Positions 24,330 through 36,600 are shown, counted from the first letter of the stretch. The stretch: 64,000 nucleotides of DNA from Neoechinorhynchus agilis (GCA_051530055.1 CM121342.1:8943480-9007479); one strand, 5' to 3'. Notes: a model not told the origin generated them from the letters alone. Translations and numbers: made by a program.

Positions 24330-25470
24330 GTAGTGCGACAACCGTAGTAGGGCATCTGCTGCATCCAACTTGACATTCCGGACATTTGTGGCATTCCGGG
24401 CATCCAACTTGACATTCCTGGCATTCCGGGCATTTGTGGCATTCCAGGCATCATTGGCGGATTCTTGGGTTTTCGTCTGCACATTTTTGATAGAGTCGAC
24501 GCGGTTGAAAACTATTCGGCTATGAGTTGATGAACTTGCAACTCAAATCCTTAAATACTCACTTTCTAAGGCGAGAACACAAAGTGTTTTTTTCAAATGT
24601 TATGGTCGCTTAAAATTGATAAACGAAGCACGAAATATAGAAGATTGTAACAATCTATATTGCTGAAGCTTTGAAACTATAAAAGTTAAGAAAAAGTTTG
24701 CATTTTCCCAAACAACACCTATGAGAATTGTGTAAAAAAATCGATTCAAAAACGACCTTACTGCACTGATCAAAACTGGTTTTACAAGGAGATGAATAAC
24801 ATCCCCGTTGCCCAGTTCTGCACGCAAATCTTCTTGAAATGATCTCTAAAGAGCGATTGCTTAAATCAAAAATTAATGCTGCGAATTACTTAAAGTGATA
24901 ACTGCTTTAAAATAAGCACATCTATAAGGAATTGCATTTGCACTAATCACAGGGAGAGCCAATGAGCTGTTGTTAACTTACCATTTTGTTAGTCTGAATG
25001 ATCCTTGACGAAAATGTGCTCTTAAATGAGAATAGGAAAAAGTACGCGCTAAAGAAATAGTGCTAGTTGTTTTTGAACACAAAGGAACAATTCTTTGCCA
25101 TTCTAAGCTTACTATAAAGCACAATAAGATTATTATTGCTCTCTCTCATCAAACTTGCAACAAATAAGAAAATAAACACAAAGAAAAGTCAAAAACGAGT
25201 GTTTTGGCCAAAGAATGAGGCCCTCTGACGGTTTAGCGATTGTTGGCTGGGGGGCTTCGGTGCTTGTATCCATTAACTCACTCAAACTTTGATCTTGAAC
25301 ACCGCTTACTTTTCTAGAAATTGGACGTTGATGTTCTTCGTTCGTCCGTTTCTTGGTCTCAGCATCGGTCCAATCCTGTTTTATATCCTCAGTAAGCCCG
25401 GTTTTCTCATTTTCGAAAATCGATTTTAGTTTAGAAGCCACTTGTTTGATGAGATGTTCTAGAATTGCAT
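24330..25470 (-). repeat. Segmental duplicate of 5590-6846 (MPG-repeat gene plus CRE 3' flank)
   Basis: Colinear near-identity with 5590-6846, with fewer 48-nt repeats. Confidence 0.85.
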
Positions 25471-27672
25471 TGTCATCGAGCTTTTTTAACTTATCGACGT
25501 GCTTGACAAAAGAAGCCATGCGCAGTTTATAAAGTAGTTTCGGGATGAAGAGGGTATTCTTGATCAGGAATAGAGCCTCGTGTGACGAAAGTTCTCGGAC
25601 TCTATCGCACAGCATCATGATGTTCAGGAATAGATGGTCGATCTCATTTTCCAAATTTGAATCAAAAACGCAGCTCCCTAGAAGGCTCAGCCGGTCCAGA
25701 GTGATCAATTTAAAACCGGGTGCCAGATTTCTAAAACCTTCGACGATTTCGCTCTGCGATGACTCGTCGTCGATGTTCATTACCAACAATTCGCATTTCC
25801 CTGCATTAAGCTCAACGCCCAATCTCGCAGTCTCCCTTACGAGTGTCTCCAGATCGCGCAGTACTACGGAGGGATCACCTCCGAGGGTAGCGTCATCAAG
25901 GTACCAAGCGTTAAAGTTGGACTGGAGAGAGTGCGCTATTGGATTAACTGCAAAGGAGAAAGCGATTGGACCGAGAGGGTCTCCCTGCTGTACTCCTCTT
26001 TCGGACCAAATGAGATGATCGTTGAACAGCAAAGGAGTCGGGGTCCCGCATGCGTTGAGAAAATAAGGAAAAGCTTCTGGTACGTGACTCAAACAGAGCG
26101 GCACGGTGAATGGAATTGAAAGCATTTCTAAAGTCGCACTTCAAAATCACACACGGCGTTGAACGATTGGTGATAAACTGGCGGAGTGCGTGGACAATGG
26201 CTTCGGACCCGCAGGGTGTGCAGCATCCCAGTTGAACTGGGCGAAGTTGCTGCCATATCCCTTCTGCAATACGCTTGCAAAGGATTTTACCTACGAGCCG
26301 ACGTAGAGCAGAGCCAACGGCGATGGGACGAATCCCACCAGTCTTTTTGTTCAAAGCGCACAAAGATGCGCCAAAAATAACTCTATTGCCTGCGGATGTA
26401 AATTTTCTTCGATGAAAAGGTCGACAAAGATGGGTAGCAAGGGAGTGGCCTACATCTCCAACTGAGAACGATATCTTATCCTTTAATTGCTGAGGACGAG
26501 GTCCATCGAGGCCATGACCAGAGCCATTGGCGAAGGAGGATATGACCATTCTCAGTTCAACTGTCGAAGTGGAGTGCCTTTGAGGGACGGAACATGTAGG
26601 AATTTCTGTTTGGGTTGAACTTTGCGGATGCTTCAACTTTAAACCCTGAAGTGTGGAGGGCGAATCACTTGCAAACGTATCAGAGGAGGACAAAATACGG
26701 GCAGCTCCCCAAACATCTCCATCCGCGAGTTTTGAAGACACGTTCTTAGCAAGCTGTCTCGTAGATGCTCGATGGCAGTTAGTCTCATTCGCACGTTGTT
26801 TGGAATCCTCCTTTGCTAAACGACGAATGCTCAAGAAACTTTCGTCAAAGGATACGAGGCGTCTTTTGATTACCGCAGTGAGGGACTCCTCCCAACTGTC
26901 GAAAGCGGAAAGTACAAGTCTAGGGAAGGCAAAGAGCCGTGTCCAAGAAGACTTTAAAATTTGCTCGAAGCAGTCCAGCAGAAGTGTGGTGAATCCTTTA
27001 GCTACTAGATATCGTGCGCCCTTTGGAATCCGTTTCAGAATGTTCCTAGGAAGAACACGCACGAGATCAGCAGCGGAAGGAAGACTACCGTCGTCATCGG
27101 GGAGCGTCGACGGATTTTCTGGTGTTGCCGGTTGAAGCGATCGCGGGATTTGACCAGATCCTTCACAAAGTGATTTGGCGGGCCCATGAATGCGCAGAAC
27201 CCCGAATTTCGTGATGGAAAAAGAGTCTAAACAAACGGGGCATAAACCTTTGGAGAGGCCTGGTGCCCCGGTAGCGTTGGGCGTTTCCTCGGCATTTGAT
27301 TGGTCTGAATACGTAGTTGAACTGTCTTGGCTGGTTGCGTCAAATTGAATCATTGCAGCGGCATAAGGATCGTGTGTTTGACGTGCAAATGAAATTGCTT
27401 GTCCCAAAGTAGTGATTTCATGAACAGAATTTAGGCCTGGTGTCCCGGTAGCGTTGGGTGTTTCCACGGTATTTGATGGGGCCGAATACGTAGTTGGGTT
27501 GTCGTAGTTCCCACGTCAAAATGTCGTGTCTCTAAGAGATGGCCACAAGTAAGAATTGAACAAATTTTTAATTCGTGACGTTTCCGGGTCAATTTTCTTG
27601 TTTCGCGAGTTTTCAACTATGGTCTTTTTGCAACAAAAGACCAGAGGGCAGCCAGCGATCTTTATCAGAGAA
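25470..27672 (-). mobile_element. CRE-clade retrotransposon (copy 2), 3'-truncated
   Basis: 507-aa and 330-aa ORFs: GGIRPIAVGSALRRLVGK, ILKCDFRNAFNSI, ERGVQQGDPLGP, NAWYLDDATLGG. Confidence 0.9.
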
Positions 27673-28264
27673 TCAGAGATTCAGAAACGGAATGCTTCAT
27701 TCTAATAATAATAACACGTTTATTTGTTAATTACCAAAAGGAGATCCATGCATCATTGGGTTCTCATGAACACTCGAATTTGCAGGATATTGATTTTGGT
27801 ACTTCTTTAAGATTCGTTGAGAGATTTGAAGAATTTTTTCTTTAAGTAAGTTGACTATGGTTGGCAGAAATTGTTTTTGATCTTTTAGTTGGTTTTGGTT
27901 TACTTTATTTTGGTTTACTTTATTTTGGTTGGTTAATTTGTAGTTGTTGTTTTTCGCTCTTTCCTACGAATCAATTCGCATTTGGAGGATTGGGCGGTGG
28001 AGAAGAAAGAGCGGAGGTAGAGATTTGTGCGAGAAATTGAAGGATGGAAAATGTTGGGGCGACGAATGTTGTAAGTGCGAGTAAAAGGAGAAATGTGTGT
28101 GGTAGAAATTGAGGCGTAAGAGAATAAAGGCGCTTTGAGTACTTTTGAAAGATTGGAGAGGTTTTTTCTAAAGGCGCAGATTAGAGCGCACCCCTCTTCT
28201 GAAATTTATTAAGTTTTTGAATTGATTGGAAGAAAAGCTGCAAAAGGTTGGATATCCGTAGGTG

Positions 28265-29365
28265 AACTTTGGTAGGATGGCGGACATATAAAAAGTACTT
28301 TAGGTCTTAAAATGATAATCCAAGAAATTGGAGGCGTTTAAGAAGATAGAGTTTAATGGGCCCTTTATGCAATAAAATTGATATGTGCTTGTCCCACTTT
28401 AGATTTTTCTGAAAATGAAGATCAAGTATACGAACAGAGAAGACGATTGATAGGATAAATCAAATTGCGAAAGATGCACCTTTAGAAATTTTTAAATTTG
28501 GAGGAGACAAGCGGAGTTTCAACCGGTGAAGGGAGCTATGTGATTAATGTTTAATTGAGCGAAGATGAAGGTAAGGTGGTTTTACATAATATGACCGCAA
28601 CGTGGACTACTTCGGTACATAGAAAAGTATTTTTGTGTTTACTTATTGAATATTTCAAGGGAACAAGTGAAGATCAATTTTATCTAAAGGAAATATCACT
28701 TACCGCTGCAAAACGGAGATTATCTATCCTCTGTGGTCTTCTTGGCTGTGGAAAATCGAGTGTGCTTAGCGCAATAATAAACGAGATGAGCATCCTCGAA
28801 GGAAATGTCTCATAAGGGAAAATATTTTATTTGGACTGGATTACGACAAGAGTCAGTATAAAGAAGTTATCACGGCGTGCAAATTGGGTGAGGTACTTAA
28901 CACTGATTTTAAATAATTATTGCAATTTTCCTTCAAATAAAAGGACTTCCACCAACTCGATCACATGGATTTTTTTGTAAAGCATCAACTGATTATTCTA
29001 ACAATTTTCGTTGCAATAAAAATCTTAAACGGATTACTCTTAAAAATTTGAAATTTTCTGCTAGTATTTATACTTTTGTCATGCTTATAACCGATAAATC
29101 GAAATAAAATTTTCTTTGTAAATTGCGATTATGGAACTAGTTCACAAAATCTTATTAAAAGATAAATTCTGTAAATAGTACTTCATCGATCTAAATAGAA
29201 AAGTTAATTGGGAACGTACGCTTTTAGTAAATATATATAAAATTTCGCTTTAAGCTCTTAATAACTCCAATCAATTACTGCTATGATCAGTGACCGGGGA
29301 ACTGGCTTAAGCGGTGGTCAGCGGGCTAGTCTCTATTGCTCGATCACTCTATTGATCAGCCGATA
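28265..29365 (+). pseudogene. ABCC NBD1 pseudogene fragment (copy 3)
   Basis: GLLGCGKSSVL; GTGLSGGQRA at ~29300; colinear with 20290-21345. Confidence 0.8.
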
Positions 29366-29802
29366 AAAATGTTTTCAAAACCATTGCATTAGAGTTTCAC
29401 TATGTTTATCCTCATCTCTCTTTTGATTGCCAAATTAAACTTTTGCACATAAATAGTTAATCAAGTTAGAGATTTTTAAATACCTTCAACGCTAACTTTG
29501 TTTGTATCAACGAGAATTTATCAAGACATTTCGCTTTGAATACTCTGGTCAACTGAATTTTGCTACCACTTTTACGAGGTAAAGAAACGGCCATATCAAG
29601 AACCAACGAGAAAGGAAGGTTGAATGATAATCTTCAATTAGGTTGCGTATTTAGGCGCATTCCCAACCTGTCATATAGAAAAATGAAATGATTTGTTCCA
29701 TCAATCCTTCAATACCTTCTGTAAGAGAAATAATACGATAATGTTTATTTTGAGCCACCTCTCCTCGCACAAGATGTCGATTTCTTCTGAACGTTCTACT
29801 TT

Positions 29803-30538
29803 TTACGTTTTTAATGCTTTTGCTGGAACCGATTTCTGAATAATCCAAGAAACTGTGAATATTGTGATCGCAATGACGGCAATCCCACTGATATTGGCCA
29901 AGTGCGTAACTTGTTTTTTTGCTGAATATTCACCAGAGAAAATGGCTTTTTCTGTTATTCCCAGCACCACAGTCGCAACGTATAAAACAAGTAGCATTAC
30001 TCCGCAGTATCGATGACATGGCATCGATTTGGATCTGGTTTGCGAGGACAACGTTGGATATTGAAACGCAATGAAAGATAAAATCCACTGCACAGCAGCT
30101 AATGATATTGAAATTAATCCCATGATTGAATGAATAGAATAAAAGTGCGGAATTCTCTTTACTACGTGAGATTGGAATGCAAAATAAATACTGACAGCGG
30201 TTGTGGCAACTCCGGATACTCTTTAGGAATTCTCAGCTATCAGCAGGTCAGTGAGAGTTCCCAGATAAGTGGAGAATAAGGTGTAAAAGCCTTATTCTTC
30301 GTCTCATCATCGGATTTGTATCGATTTGTGTGTATTTAAATAATATGCTAGCGATTCATGGAACTGCAATGGCACCGATAATCGCCATAGGTGGATGCGG
30401 GATGAATACGGACGGTGCGTGAACATTGAACGGTTCCCAATTCAGCATCATCCATTTCAAAACCAATGCGATTGGCATTGAAATGAGCACAATAAGAAAT
30501 ATCCATATCAGTATTATACGCAGTGTGGATGAACCCAT
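29803..30538 (-). pseudogene. Cytochrome b561 family gene, full length but with one in-frame TGA and a non-canonical splice donor
   Basis: Reconstructed ~230 aa with all four heme-ligand-type His: PHPPMAIIG, RLLHLILH, FYSIHSIMG, MPCHRYCG, plus LGITEKAIF. TGA at 30358-30356; ~43-nt intron 30261-30219 begins GG. Confidence 0.85.
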
Positions 30539-30559
30539 GTTTTTTCGAACCTAAGGGGA

Positions 30560-30900
30560 AAGATGACAGATTAGGAGTCTTTCCTTGTTCTCCGGTTATT
30601 AAGGAAAGATTGGGCTTGGGGGAAGAAAGATTTTTGGTAGAGGGTGGTACGAGCGAGGGGGATGAAAAAGGTTGGGGTTCCGGGTGTTTACGAAGGAAGA
30701 GTATTTAGAGATTAGGGAAGAAAATTGTGGAGGGGGTTGAAAAAGACGGAGGGCGTTCTTGGAGAAAATGGAGTGGAGGTGGGCGTCGACCAAAGACTTC
30801 ATGCAAGTGTTTTGAAGAAAACAAAAGATTTGTCTAAAAGAGTCTTTAATGTCGATTCGAAAATAAACGAGAAACTGGCCCAATCGGTTAGAGAATTTGT
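30560..30900 (-). mobile_element. Probable LINE 3' remnant
   Basis: Pyrimidine/proline-rich minus strand similar in composition to the 1150-2010 remnant; weak. Confidence 0.3.
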
Positions 30901-31430
30901 ATATTCAATGTTCAATTTGCTGGATGTTTGCGCTTTAAAATTATTAAGTTGTAAGCGCAAAATTAAAACGCAACCATTTAAATTACGTTAATCTGTGCCA
31001 GAACCGAATCCATTGAAAATGCAACGATAGAATGGAAACCAAAAACAATGAAAAATTGTAATATCTACGGTAAAACGAGATTTGGTTAAATGCCATTTGC
31101 TGTAATTTTTTAAATAAAATGGAGATTGACGGCGACTTCAGCAAAATCTAAATATTTTCCATGGTTTTTTGAAATTGGACTCGGCGTCCAAAGCAATTTT
31201 AATGTGTCTTAAAGTTTCGTCTTGAAAGTTGTTTTGATGTTTTAATCTTTAGCTTTAATCTACGTTGTGTATTTGCCAAAATTGTAACTTTTCAGATAAC
31301 GCTTTTTATAATTAAGAAGTATTTTTGTAGCTTCATAGATTCTTTTTTTTTTGAAATTTTTTAAAATTGACATTTGTCGAAACAAATTCGCAACCCTTGT
31401 TTATCAATTATTCGCGTCGCACACCCAAAG

Positions 31431-31495
31431 GGGACGAAATACCGCTGAAGGGAGGAAACCCACTGATGAGTCCCGCCTCCCGGAGGTATCTGAGG
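31431..31495 (+). ncRNA. Hammerhead ribozyme strands in non-canonical order (unit 1)
   Basis: gggac-GAAA-tacc ... ccca-CTGATGA-gtccc ... ggta-TC-tgagg. Confidence 0.6.
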
Positions 31496-31816
31496 ATCCG
31501 GAGGAATGTACAAACTCTTAACCGTGCATTAGAGAGACTATGTCGTTATATCACTTCTCTGATGTATAATTGGTTTGGCTTTATGCCTTAAAAAATAAGC
31601 CGGACAAGAAAGGGATAGACTAAAATTTAATGATAATAACATTTCCGGCTTGCCAGTAAAACTTAAAATAGAACACAGCGCTCACCCTGAGTCGATACAC
31701 TGGCTGAGTTTGACATTTCGAAGTTGTGTCGAGGTGGTCAAGTGGAAAAATGCCCGTGATACCGATTAGGGGTCAAGTGGTTCGAATCCGTTACCACCAA
31801 CGACGCACACCCAAAG

Positions 31817-31881
31817 GGGACGAAATACCGCTGAAGGGAGGAAACTCACTGATGAGTCCCGCCTCCCGGAGGTATCTGAGG
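31817..31881 (+). ncRNA. Hammerhead ribozyme strands in non-canonical order (unit 2)
   Basis: gggac-GAAA-tacc ... ctca-CTGATGA-gtccc ... ggta-TC-tgag; helices I (4 bp), II (5 bp) and III (5 bp) are all perfect Watson-Crick. Confidence 0.7.
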
Positions 31882-32833
31882 ATCCGGAGGAATGTACAAA
31901 CTCTAAACCGTGCATTAGAGAGACTATGTCGTTATATCACTTCTCTGATGTACAATTGGTTTGGCTTTATGCCTTAAAAAAATAAGCCGGACAAGAAAGG
32001 GATAGACTAAAATTTAATGATAAGCCGGACAAGAAGGGATAGACTAAAATTTAATGGCTTACTAAATGGCAAAATGTTTTAGGTTCGATCGCGAAATATA
32101 GCTTTACTTAAAAAATATTAGGCACCAAAATATTCGTGATTACTCGCATCTTCATAACTTTATAACAAAATCCTCAATTGATCCTGCAGTTAAGTCTTCC
32201 AAATAACTGTTTCCAAATTTTAAATCTCAGCTCTATTCAGATATTATAAAGGATCATGAACGATAAAACCGAACCAAACAAAGTCACCTTAAAGCAGATG
32301 TCTCCTTCGCCCTTTGATTTACAAGCATTTATTAGCAGTAATCCGGAATTATTAAGTAGCATTCCTGCCACCGATCAAATGGAAAGAACAGCTACGACGA
32401 AGCTTAAGGACGATTTAGGGAAGATCGTTGACTTCAATGTTTTCGGTAAACTACATTCTGGACGATCACGAAAAGATCTGGATAAGAAGGAAACGAAAAA
32501 CCTCGGCAATGAAGAGTTTAATGACAAGATGACGGCCGGTATTAGAGAACGAAAAATCAATAACAATCACTTGAAACAACCGGTAAACAAAAAAATCTAA
32601 GACTATAAAGGAACAAACTCATCTTAATCTGCCATCAATAACGATGAGCAATAACAATATTAAAAGTGAAGCCATGTTAAATTACACTTGGTATTTAATC
32701 GGCTTGTCACAATCGCCCGCCTCATTGAGAATTTTGCAACAGCTCATACAATACATTCGAAAGTGGACAGGGGAACGGAAATTCATGACAGAAAATCCAT
32801 TAAGTTAAAGATTTTAGTAGTAAATAAATACGG

Positions 32834-33400
32834 ATGTCGATATACGAAAATTTCACAATGACCACAAGTCAATATAGTCAAGAATTTGTTGCTATTAAGA
32901 TTCGAGAATGTTGCGATCTTTTCAAAAAAAATGATGACAAACTTCAACTAACCAATTTTACAAACAATGTTCCAATGCAATTTGTTTTTTCTTACAAAAA
33001 CGTTAGTCTGCGTGGTAAACGTTCAATTGCCTCGCAAGGTTCTACGTTTTGAGAGAAGATGCAAGAAATTTTAATTCGAATTATATTAAAGCGTTTGTCA
33101 GATATTACGACGATCTTGCGAAACTAACAATCGTTCATCGAGCAGAATTGAAGGATGATCAAATTTACGCATTTGACATTGGCACTCTCATTGTTAAAGC
33201 AATGCTCGTAGAAGGTAAATCGAAAACAGAAAAGGTATCTATTTTGCTCTTTGATTGCAGGCTAAAAACTGAGGTTTAAGAGATTAAAGCGCTAATTGTC
33301 AATTTTTTACTCCGGTTAAATGTGTTTGAATGTCAAGCTTTTTATATTCTGACGTTTCGTGATGGATTGATCTTTTTTTGAAAATGTGGAACGTTGATAA
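32834..33400 (+). pseudogene. Extended Tudor-domain pseudogene (copy 2, inverted, internally deleted)
   Basis: REDARNFNSNYIKAF...HRAELKDDQIYAFD...GKSKTEKVSI, homologous to 16917-16331. Confidence 0.55.
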
Positions 33401-33639
33401 CGAACAAAAGTGCCAAAGAGACGACTGCAGTTTTTGGCTCTAAACAATCAATCTTTCCAAAGTCAAAAGGGGGAGCGGTTTCTGAAAGTGATTCCTTGTT
33501 AAGACTTTAAACAAACACAATGGAAAATTACATAAAAGACACACGCCCTAAACTGGCGAACTATCTCCGCAAAATATAAATGATAATGTTAATACAGTAG
33601 ATTTGTCTCGCATATTAGAAAAGTATCAAAAACATTGTG

Positions 33640-34046
33640 ACCCTCTCACCGTCTATTATTGATTCAATCGGGCACCCTTCCGAATTGACAACCAGTTCAG
33701 TGCTTGCAACAAACTTGCTGTTTTCTAAAACTGCTGGCTGTAAGTGGCGTCCTTCGCAACGTTAAGTCCCAGTCCGATTTTCTTCAGTTCAGCATCTGCT
33801 AAGTTGAATGCCCTCTGTAGATCGTCTTTTTGATCTGCTAAAAGAACGATGTCGTCTCCATAGAAGAAGTACGATAGCTTCTCCTCCCTCGCCGAAGGTT
33901 ATTCCACCTTAAAATCATGTAAGGATTTGGCTAGGTAATCCAGGCATAGAGCAAATAGAAAAGGTGAAAGCTGGTCTCCCTGCTTATCTCCTTTGTGAAA
34001 GAAATTAGGATGGATGTTCCTCTTTACGGAGCGGTGAGGCACCCTG
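33640..34046 (-). mobile_element. R2/NeSL-type RT fragment (inverted duplicate of 15683-16090)
   Basis: Reverse-complement near-identity to 15683-16090. Confidence 0.8.
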
Positions 34047-34191
34047 CGCTGTTTACTCGCGCTTCAATGAGTTTCTTCACTTTAACATTCAGAGCACTGT
34101 GCAGAAGTCATAGTGCATCAACACTGATTACAGCTATCGCAATGCTTTGTTTTAATTAAACAGTTGGATTCTCTTGTCCATACCAGTTCTA
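34047..34191 (-). pseudogene. 28S rDNA fragment (inverted duplicate of 15538-15682)
   Basis: Reverse-complement near-identity to 15538-15682. Confidence 0.92.
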
Positions 34192-34259
34192 GGCTACGTT
34201 TCGAACCTACAAACTGATGATGTACCCGACGAGGTTAGGAACGTTGATATCAAATATCG

Positions 34260-34830
34260 ATAAAAGAAGAAACATGGCTATTTTGATTTGTGCGAATTGA
34301 AGGCATAACTCACTCGTGTTGCTTTATTGAAACCGATTGGTTGCTCGGATTGCTTTATTCGTCGCATGATCCTGAAAGCAGCGCTTAGGTATACTATAGA
34401 CCACTACCAAAAGGAGTCAAAAGATTCCTAGAGAATTATGAATACTACGCTGCGTTAGTGACACAACCTAACATTCCGAGTGGAAGGAGGAAAGATTGTG
34501 CTTTTAGGAGCCAAGATTGGTCTTCGTATCTGCCAAGTAATCTCGCGGCATTACATATCAGGAACATAGCTGCAAATTTGGAATGTTCTTTGGTGTGCGC
34601 GTTCATAATGTGCTTGATATGTCGATGGTTCAACGCCAACGTCGCTTGGTTCCACGGGTGTGCGAGGCTGCTGCAAGGGCGAGGTCAGGTTTGAGATCAC
34701 CCATCGGCCCCAAAAAAAGTGGGTTGGCCCTGTCCCTTCGAGTGCGGCTAAGCGCCTCCGATGTTTGTGAGTTAGCCGAAAGGCTCCCAAAGGAATATAG
34801 CCGAAAGGCCAAAAAGGAGATATCGTAAGA
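34260..34830 (+). mobile_element. Possible degenerate REL-endonuclease 3' end and structured 3' UTR of an R2/NeSL-like element
   Basis: Frameshifted IVLLGA...SNLAALHI resembles the REL C-terminus; two agcc-GAAA-ggcy hairpins at 34774-34785 and 34799-34810. Confidence 0.3.
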
Positions 34831-34999
34831 CCAAGCAACTCAATATGAAGATAAACAACTCATAAAACTAACAGTATGCGTGTGTGTGATACATGCATGC
34901 GGAAAAAGATTGCAAGGATGGAAATAACTAACAAATCGATTAAAAAACCCTAGTATTTATTTCATGGAGCACACTTTCATTAATTGTGAATTGGCATAA

Positions 35000-36600
35000 T
35001 TTTACAAGGAGAAATTTGTATTGATGAAAAATAACGTGACTGCATGATAAAAATACTATTGAAAATCAATGTTTTTACTTTTTAGATTGAAAATGATAAA
35101 AAATGTACAATTTTTAGTGAAGAAGATTTAAAGTAAGGAGCGATGTCATAATGGTGGTATATTTAGATCGATTCAATGATTTTTCACGGGTATAATGCGA
35201 ATCGTAAAATCCGACGTCTAAAACCTACAAAAGGCATTTGGTTTAAAAAATGCAAATAAGAGTCTGCAATCCATTAAAAAAAAGCCTGGATCATATTAGT
35301 CCTGGAAACTCAAAGTACAGAACGTAGCTTTATAACATTGCGAAGAATTGTACCAAATCTTTCACAAAACGCGACATTCTCATAAGAATAAATGATCGAA
35401 ATAATTTGATTTATTGCCTTTAGCTTGACGTTATCTCACGAAATTCTTCGTTTTAAGAATCCTTCAACGGATGATTTGGATGTACAACGACTACGGCATA
35501 CCGAGAAATCCTTCTATAACCCAACGATGGAATGGTGTGTACCACATTAACGGCATCCCGACAAATCCTTCGTTTCAAAGAATCCCCCCACCCCAACGAA
35601 GGATTGGGATGCCCAAGAATATGGCATCCTGAGAAATCCGTAGTTATATTTGTCGCTCCTTTGAAACTTTCAAAGCTTAGGTTGATTTTAATAAATTGAT
35701 GAAAACTTGTCATAGCGACCACGTTCTTCTTTTCTTCGGACATTATCCTTCTTTTTTGTGAAGCTTTTCCCGCAGATTTTAAATCGGCTTTTCCTTGATT
35801 TGTTTCCTCCGTGGTTAACATTTTACCACTCTATTTGCTGCCAAAGAAAACAGCACGTTTTCTAGATTGTCCAATCGGAATAAAGTCCTCCATTTTCTTA
35901 AATAATTTATCGACACGACCCCTGTTTCTTATATTTTCCGGATTTTTTCGATCGCTTTCAATGTTTCCATCCAAATTATAGTTTCGAACATCACTTCTCG
36001 AAATTTTCCCTTGAATCATCGAAATCAATATCCTATTAATCATCGCGTGTTTGGAAGTGGCGTATTTTTCATCGATAATAATTTTTAACCGGCAGCAGAG
36101 GTCTTTGGTACTCAATTCGATTTCATTGGACGGGTATGAGGACCTTTTTGAGCATTCGACAGATTATTTGCCATCTCGAACAGAATATTGATTAGTCCGG
36201 ATTCTATTACTTCATTCGGATTCGTTTTACACGATAACATCTCGCATAAAACGCTATTGACCAGTTCAACGCTCTTAGCCCTTCGCTGATTGTCTAATAG
36301 ATGAAGAAGTCTTTGATGAAGGGCTAAGAATTCGAAACGTTTGGATTGACATTCTCGTTTTTGTGTGTAGCTGGTTTTCGTGTCTATTAAACGGCTGCTC
36401 GCTTAGGGTTGCCGAATTTGAACGAAGTCAAATCGACCGTTGTTATAACGTTTTGGAATTAAAAACTATTGAATAATATTAACGCACAGAGGGTGTTTAT
36501 CGCTCTCTCTCTAATCAAAATAGCAACAAATAAGCAAATACTCACAAAGAAAAGTCGAAAATGAATGTTTGAGCTAACGTTTTGAGTCGATTCTATAAGT
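35000..36600 (-). repeat. Unidentified multicopy gene-like family X (inverted copy)
   Basis: ORFs MSTKDLCCRLKIIIDEKY and MLTTEETNQGKADLK are shared with 42760-43880 and 55026-56460. Confidence 0.8.

Larger units (their letters stand above)
31418..32080 (+). mobile_element. Tandem SINE-like element: tRNA-related Pol III head plus hammerhead-like body (units 31418-31636 and 31804-32023)
   Basis: ~219-nt direct repeats 386 nt apart; A box TGGTCAAGTGG at 31735-31745; B box GGTTCGAATCC at 31779-31789; 3' ~35 nt triplicated; first T4 at 32077-32080. Confidence 0.7.

Noticed and set aside
27895-27935. ggtttactttatttt doublet as a telomeric repeat
   Set aside because: Only two copies of a 15-mer at a duplication junction; no telomere-like array.
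31728-31799. Functional tRNA gene
   Set aside because: A and B boxes and a T-arm are present, but acceptor, D and anticodon arms do not form a consistent cloverleaf; treated as a SINE head.
31367-31977. Duplicated small ORFs ending ...RYITSLMYNWFGFMP (31367-31591, 31726-31977)
   Set aside because: Their N-termini differ and the second starts at GTG; they are better explained as incidental frames over the structured RNA element.
32256-32600. 114-aa Lys/Asn-rich ORF
   Set aside because: No recognisable motif or splice context, so it is not supported as a gene.
34790-34830. Minus-strand ggcctttcggcta, resembling U2 stem I (Utopia/Keno target)
   Set aside because: It is only the reverse complement of a GNRA hairpin; the U2 branch-pairing GTGTAGTA is absent.
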